Of a stretch of 64,000 bases of DNA, positions 58,050 through 64,000 are shown one piece after another. The stretch lies in assembly GCF_009914755.1 (NCBI RefSeq), contig NC_060947.1. One strand, 5' to 3'. Under the pieces are notes generated by a model, which was not told where the DNA came from, searched no databases, and saw only the letters and a program-made list of their open reading frames with translations. Positions within the stretch are counted from its first letter, which is position 1. Each line of letters starts with the position of its first letter. The translations under genes and the position numbers were made by a program. This DNA comes from the human T2T-CHM13v2.0 reference genome, Homo sapiens.

Positions 58050-59875
58050 TTGTACAATCCCTTCTCTGTGGGGAGCTCAGAGAATCTTCTCCCCCAGAGA
58101 GATATTTGTTACACTGGTCAAAATTATCAAAGAAAACCTTTAAAAGTCTCTGGAGATTGTCCAAAACTGGGAGGGATTTATTCAACAAATTTGATCAAAA
58201 CTTGTATGAACCACAGCAGGCCAAAGCACCTGAGCCAGAGGCTGCACCCATCTCTCCTCCAGCTCTGTGTATGGAGGAACTACTCTGGGCAGACTGAACA
58301 GATTCCACAGCTGCAACCAAGTAGGCAGCTTGTGTTACCCCATTTCTCTGGTATTGAAGATCTATATTTGCAAGGCAGTATGAGCTGGTAAACAATAGAT
58401 TCCATTTCCTGCCATCTCTCTCATTTCTCCTATCTCCCCCATCTTCAGGCTGTAGAAATCTACATTGGGTGGTGGCAATAGCCAGGTGGTGTTGTCTGCT
58501 TCCTCAACCCACAGCACTCACTTTGTTGGAAAGAGGCGGGTGGAGCAGTAAGTGAAGAACAGTGTCCTCCAATTCTCCTACAACTCTCATGCCATGGCAT
58601 TGCAGTTCTACCTGGGAGAAGGGGTGAGGCAAACTGCAAAGACTGGAAGATCTGGCTCCAGCAGAGAAGGAGATTTCATTTGGTTCAGAGAATGGTGGAA
58701 TTCATGCCCTAGGGTATGTTGTTGAAACTATAAAAATCAGTGTCTAGCAATTGGAATAACAGCTTGGTAATAGCAATAGAGGGAGACCAGCCATGAGTTT
58801 AACAGGTAGATCCAGGAAAGAGACAGTCTAAGAAAACCCTGCTAAAATCACACCCATCTCTGGTGGTCAGGAAGACTTCCATGCTCAAGGCTGCACTTTC
58901 TCAGGCTGACTAGAAAACGGTACTTTCAAAATAAGTTTTCCCCTTAACAGAGAAAGTAATCTCCAAGCCATACATAGATCCTGTGGTAAAGGGTGAAAAC
59001 TACTGGACCTGGGAACTTATTTACAACTTTTGACCAGTCAGTGGCTAACCACTAAGCTATGCTGATCTAGAGGCAACCTCTGGGAAATTGGTCTTTAAAA
59101 CGAAAACAAGGGGAAAAAATCTTAGCAGGGACATCTGGGGCTACACACTGCAGGGGAAATAGACTTCACAGAATTAATCCAGACATATCACCAAACAAAT
59201 AAACAAATGAACAAACAACATGAACAACAAGCCCCAAAGGGAGAATAGTATCTAGAGTTGCTACAATATTTTATCCAAAATGTCCAAATTTCAACAAAAA
59301 ATATGAGACATATAAAGAAACAGGAAAGTATTGCCCTGTACAAGAAAAAAGAGCATTCAGTAGACCTGTCTCTGAGTGGACCCAGATGTTTGCTTAGCAG
59401 AAAAAGACTTCAAAGAAACAATTATAAACCTGTTCAAATAACTAAAGGAAACCACATTTAAATAATTACATGAAGGTATGGTGACAATTTCTTATCAAAT
59501 AGAGAATATCAGTAAAGAGACAGATATTATAAAAGTAGCACAGTAGAAATTCTGGAGTTGAAAAGTACAATAGCAAATGAAAAATTCAGTAAAAGGGCTT
59601 ACTTAACAGCAGATTTGAGCAGGCAAAAGAAAGAATCAACAAACTTGAAGCTAGATCAATCAAGATTTTGCAGTCTGAGGGACAAAAATAAGAATGAAAA
59701 AAAATGAACAGAGCCTCAGAGACCTGTGGAATGCCATCAAATGTACCACCATATGCATAACGGGGGTCCCAGGAGAGGAGAGAGAAAGGGGCAGAAATAA
59801 TATTTCAAGAGCTAATTGCTGAACACTTCCCAAATTTGACAAAATACATTAATCCACATATCCAAGAAACTCAAG
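58050..59875 (+). mobile_element. Old L1M 5' UTR/ORF1 region
   Basis: gaaattctggagttgaaaagtacaat; aatgaacagagcctcagagacctgtgg; ttcccaaatttga; 5' boundary uncertain. Confidence 0.7.
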
Positions 59876-60689
59876 AAGACCTTCTCTAGTTTCTTTCTCC
59901 AAAGGCTTGGTGTCCTTCAGGGAGGAGCTCCCTAGTTTCTCACCTCCCTGAAATTGGGTAACCTCTCAGTCTAGAGACCAGTAGAAGTGTTGGGCAGGGT
60001 GGTAAGAAGGTCTGCTCTGGAAAATTGGGCAGGTTGGACTCTGTACAAGAGTGTATGGCCAAGGGAGTTTAAAGGGGCTATAATCCAGTCCATTCTCCAC
60101 TCCCCAAGCCATATACCTGATTCAGGGTTGCATCTACCCAGAAGAAAAGCCATCATTTTCTAATCTGCCTAGCGTCTCAATCTGCTCTCCAAGCCCTGTG
60201 CCCATGGGGTTGCATGTATTAAAGGGACAACTTTTTCTAATTCTCTCAAAGGCACTTCTGGATTAGTGTAGGTCCTGATGTGGAAACAGTAGGGAAGTGG
60301 TGGGACTCAGGGAAGACAGAAAAGCCACTTCACAGAGGTGGATACCCATGCAATTAACCATGTGGGACTTGCGGTTTACTAAAACTCGGGCCACCCCAAA
60401 CCTTACCTTCAACTCTGCCTGAGCTTGAGAATCCAACCATAAGAGTAGCTCTGTTAGTTTTAATGATTCCAAAAGGCTTTTGCCGAAATACTTCTTTGTT
60501 ACTTAGGTGAGGCAACCCAGACCTAGCATGGTAGTTAAGAGCTGTGTGATCTTGGGTAAGTTGCTTCTCTTTTCTGAGTCTCAGCCTTTTCTTCTATGAA
60601 ATGGGAAAATAACAATCCCTACTTCAGAAAGTTTTCATAAGAAGGAAAAAAAGAGTTTAAGTGCTTAGCAAAGTATTTGGCACATAATA

Positions 60690-61434
60690 GATTCTTTTTT
60701 TTTTTTAATTATACTCTAAGTTTTAGGGTACATGTGCACATTGTGCAGGTTAGTTACATATGTATACATGTGCCATGCTGGTGCGCTGCACCCACTAATG
60801 TGTCATCTAGCATTAGGTATATCTCCCAATGCTATCCCTCCCCCCTCCCCCGACCCCACCACAGTCCCCAGAGTGTGATATTCCCCTTCCTGTGTCCATG
60901 TGATCTCATTGTTCAATTCCCACCTATGAGTGAGAATATGCGGTGTTTGGTTTTTTGTTCTTGCGATAGTTTACTGAGAATGATGGTTTCCAATTTCATC
61001 CATGTCCCTACAAAGGATATGAACTCATCATTTTTTATGGCTGCATAGTATTCCATGGTGTATATGTGCCACATTTTCTTAATCCAGTCTATCATTGTTG
61101 GACATTTGGGTTGGTTCCAAGTCTTTGCTATTGTGAATAGTGCCGCAATAAACATACGTGTGCATGTGTCTTTATAGCAGCATGATTTATAGTCCTTTGG
61201 GTATATACCCAGTAATGGGATGGCTGGGTCAAATGGTATTTCTAGTTCTAGATCCCTGAGGAATCGCCACACTGACTTCCACAATGGTTGAACTAGTTTA
61301 CAGTCCCACCAACAGTGTAAAAGTGTTCCTATTTCTCCACATCCTCTCCAGCACCTGTTGTTTCCTGACTTTTTAATGATTGCCATTCTAACTGGTGTGA
61401 GATGATATCTCATAGTGGTTTTGATTTGATTCTT
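60690..61434 (-). mobile_element. L1HS-Ta, 5'-truncated (~730 bp), inserted in a MIR
   Basis: Minus strand gatgacACAttagtggg and aacttaGagtataat = Ta diagnostics; TSD gattctt 60690-60696 and 61428-61434; flanks rejoin to a MIR 3' end. Confidence 0.95.
60913..61413 (-). pseudogene. Uninterrupted C-terminal 166 codons of L1 ORF2p (promoterless fragment)
   Basis: [38 protein letters not shown]...IFSLIGGN with the C-x3-C-x7-H-x4-C motif. Confidence 0.92.
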
Positions 61435-61734
61435 AATATATGTGAGCTATTATTCATGATCAAAGTGTTGCCAAAGGCAGGGGCAGTGTGTGACTCCTGA
61501 CACAGTGCTCCTAACTGTACCCTCCCTTACCAGAAGGGCTGGAGTCTCCAGGAATACAGTCTTATCCCTGGGGGCATTCATCCCCTTTTCCTTGGCTCTG
61601 CAAGGTAACTTCTGCACTCACTTCTCTTCAGGCTACATTGGCTGGCACTGGGGCTAGTGAGCACAGTCCTGGCCTCTTGGAGCTGGAAAGGGTCTCAGAG
61701 GGCCTCTGGTTTTCCAAAGGCCACTGTGTGAACA

Positions 61735-61870
61735 GGCTTCAGATCAGGAGCATAGGGGTCACTTAGTAAAATGCAGATTTCCCAAAACCTTCCTACAGAG
61801 ATTCTGTTTCAGGAAGCCTGTGTTGAACTTGGAAATCTGTGCTTTTGACTAGTGCCCCAGATTATTCTTG
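61735..61870. mobile_element. MER5-type fragment
   Basis: aaaatgcagatttccc...cagagattctgtttcag...ggaaatctgtgctttt. Confidence 0.55.
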
Positions 61871-63449
61871 TACCTTCTTCATACTCCATGCCCACAATTG
61901 TGGAATGCACCCTGTAGGGCCCCAACCACCTATACCAGGGATAAGGAGGCAGGCTGATGGGCAGGCAGGCTCTGGCTGTCAAAAGGTTTGTCCCCATCTA
62001 AGCCCACTTCTTCTACCTCCCATAACTTAGTGACAACACTAGGTTTGAGCTTCGAAGCCACAATACAGAAACCAGTTTTCTCCTTTATTCTCATGTCACC
62101 AACAGTGACAGCCATGCACCTCACAACTGAAAAAAGCTCCTGTCTCCAACCGGCCCTCTTCATGCTTCATTTCTCCAGACTGAGCAACCTTCCCACCCTC
62201 TGTGTAACTAATTGGCTTAGAGATATTACTGCCTCACCAGTGGGCTAGGAAACTGAGCTCTTGCCTTCAGCTTTCATTGCTTTTCCAGGCATGGCGGAGC
62301 AGTAGTAGGTGGCAGCTGTGTCCCAAAATGTTTCCATTCTCTCTCCCTTCCTCCCTCCTTTCTTCTCTTCTTCTGATCCTGTCCAAGACTGACAGGCGTT
62401 ATGGGAGCACTGTCATTTTGCTGCTTTGAGTCCCCCAAAACCAACATGTTGAACATTGCTCTATACACATCATACAGAGGGCACATTAGTTTTGCTTGGT
62501 GAGCACACCCTAATTGGGTTCCCAGAGGGAAATTCTAATGCCAGTGCAGAGAATTAAGAACCAGCCAACAGATGGGGTGAGAAGCATGATGAGGAGGGTG
62601 GCAGCCAGGGCCACATCTTCTGGAGTCTATATCAACCATGAGACTGACAGGTTGGATCTGGGGGAAGCAGCTAAGCTCCCAGTGGAAAGATTGGATCAGA
62701 TGGCAGAATGAAGTCATTTTTCACAATATTTACAAAGTAAATATCTGCCCACTCAGGGATACCTTTGCAGAATATGAAAGCAGCCACTTTGGACCTGCTA
62801 TTTTGTTTTGTTTTGTCACTTTTTGAGGGGGTGGGGGAAGGAGGGTATTTTCCTCCTGGGTTCCTTGGACATAGACTCAAGTCATGAGGCCCATATTCCT
62901 ATCCAAGATATCCCAGCCTAATAATCCCCAGCCTGTGGGTTGCAGACTCCTTACTGCAAGTAGTCCACAAATCCACATGCTTCAATGTTCCATACTTTTG
63001 TAATTGGGTAACTTTCTGAGGTACCTTTTTTTTTTCCGAGAACCTTCTTTGAAGTCTCAGTTATTAGTTTTTCTCTTTTCTCTAAGCAAGAATTATTCCC
63101 TTAATGATCTCATCCAGTCCCCAAGGTTTACTATCTTAATCCCTTCCCCCCAACTCTACTGCCAAACCCTCTCCACCTGCAGCCTTCACCATATTAACAC
63201 CTTTACATCATCCTTGACACTTCTCTTTCTCTCACATCTTACATGCGTCTGTTAGAAAATTCTGTTCTACTTTCAAAACACTATGTATCCAGAATCCAAC
63301 TGCTTCTCTCTACCTTTACGTTACTGCTATCATCCTAGTCGGAGCAATTATCCATTTATTCCTGGATTTATGCAGAAGTTTCCTAGCTGTTCTCCCTGCT
63401 GCCACCCTTGCCCTTCAAAGTTTGTTCTTAACAGCCAAGTGATGCTTTA

Positions 63450-64000
63450 TTCTAATTGAAATTTTTATTGAGCTAATTGTAGATTCACATGCAGTTGTAA
63501 GAAATAATTTAGAGAGACCCATTGACACTTTGCTAAGCTTCCCAAATAGCAGCATTTTGCAACACTATAGTATAATATCACAACCAAGATACCGATACAC
63601 TGATACAAATCACTAATTTGATTCTGATTTCTCCAGTTTTACTTTATACTTGTGTGTGTAGTAAGTTCTATACAATTTTATCACGTGTAGATTCACAAAT
63701 TTAGCACCAGTCAAGATACAGAACATTTCCACAAGGATCCTTTGTGTTGCTCTTTTATAGCCATGCACACAACCCTCCTGTGCACCCCACAGTCCCATCC
63801 CTAAACTCTGGCAACCACTAACCTGTCATTCATTTCTAATATTTGGCATTTCATAATGTTCTATGAATGGGATTATACAGTGTGTCACCTTTTGGGATTG
63901 GCCTTTTAAAAAATTTAGCATAATTCTCCAAGTTGTGTTTATCAATAGTTCATTGCCTTAATTGCTGAGTAATATTCCAAATATTCCATGGTATATTAGT
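63450..64000 (-). mobile_element. L1MC/MB-like 3' end, antisense, continuing beyond the window (L2 fragment ~63080-63450 precedes it)
   Basis: gtagattcacatgcagttgtaagaaataat...cagtcaagatacagaacatttcca...ctggcaaccactaacctg. Confidence 0.85.

Noticed and set aside
62296-62318. Second CTCF-like site (gtagtaggtggcagc)
   Set aside because: Lacks the 5' CC core; too weak without ChIP data

Overview
Human genomic DNA: it carries Alu, L1, THE1, MIR and L2 repeats and an L1HS-Ta element with human-specific diagnostic bases. No cellular protein-coding exon can be supported; the ORF track is repeat-derived or chance. A CpG-island, apparently bidirectional promoter lies at ~14.4-15.35 kb (three or four ZNF143-type motifs phased ~95 bp apart, CCAAT, TATA-like, ETS). 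Bases 1-14.4 kb look like the 5' introns of a minus-strand gene I cannot name, with candidate small exons. A candidate plus-strand exon of a divergent transcript lies at 15.95-16.07 kb. The most unusual feature is a ~3.35-kb, highly degenerate, strand-asymmetric 24-bp tandem array (consensus ~AGGGCTCAGTCTGTGGCCAGGGTT; the unit junction reads TTAGGG) at 18.7-22.05 kb, containing a near-perfect 72-nt hairpin. Most of 30-64 kb is nested retroelements (full-length THE1, solo LTRs, old L1M, L1PA2, L1HS-Ta). At least six local template-switch scars are visible (~110-125-bp copies of nearby DNA, inverted duplications, a perfected palindrome), plus a 5'-inverted L1 with a 3' transduction. Repeat subfamily names and old-repeat boundaries are by eye and approximate.
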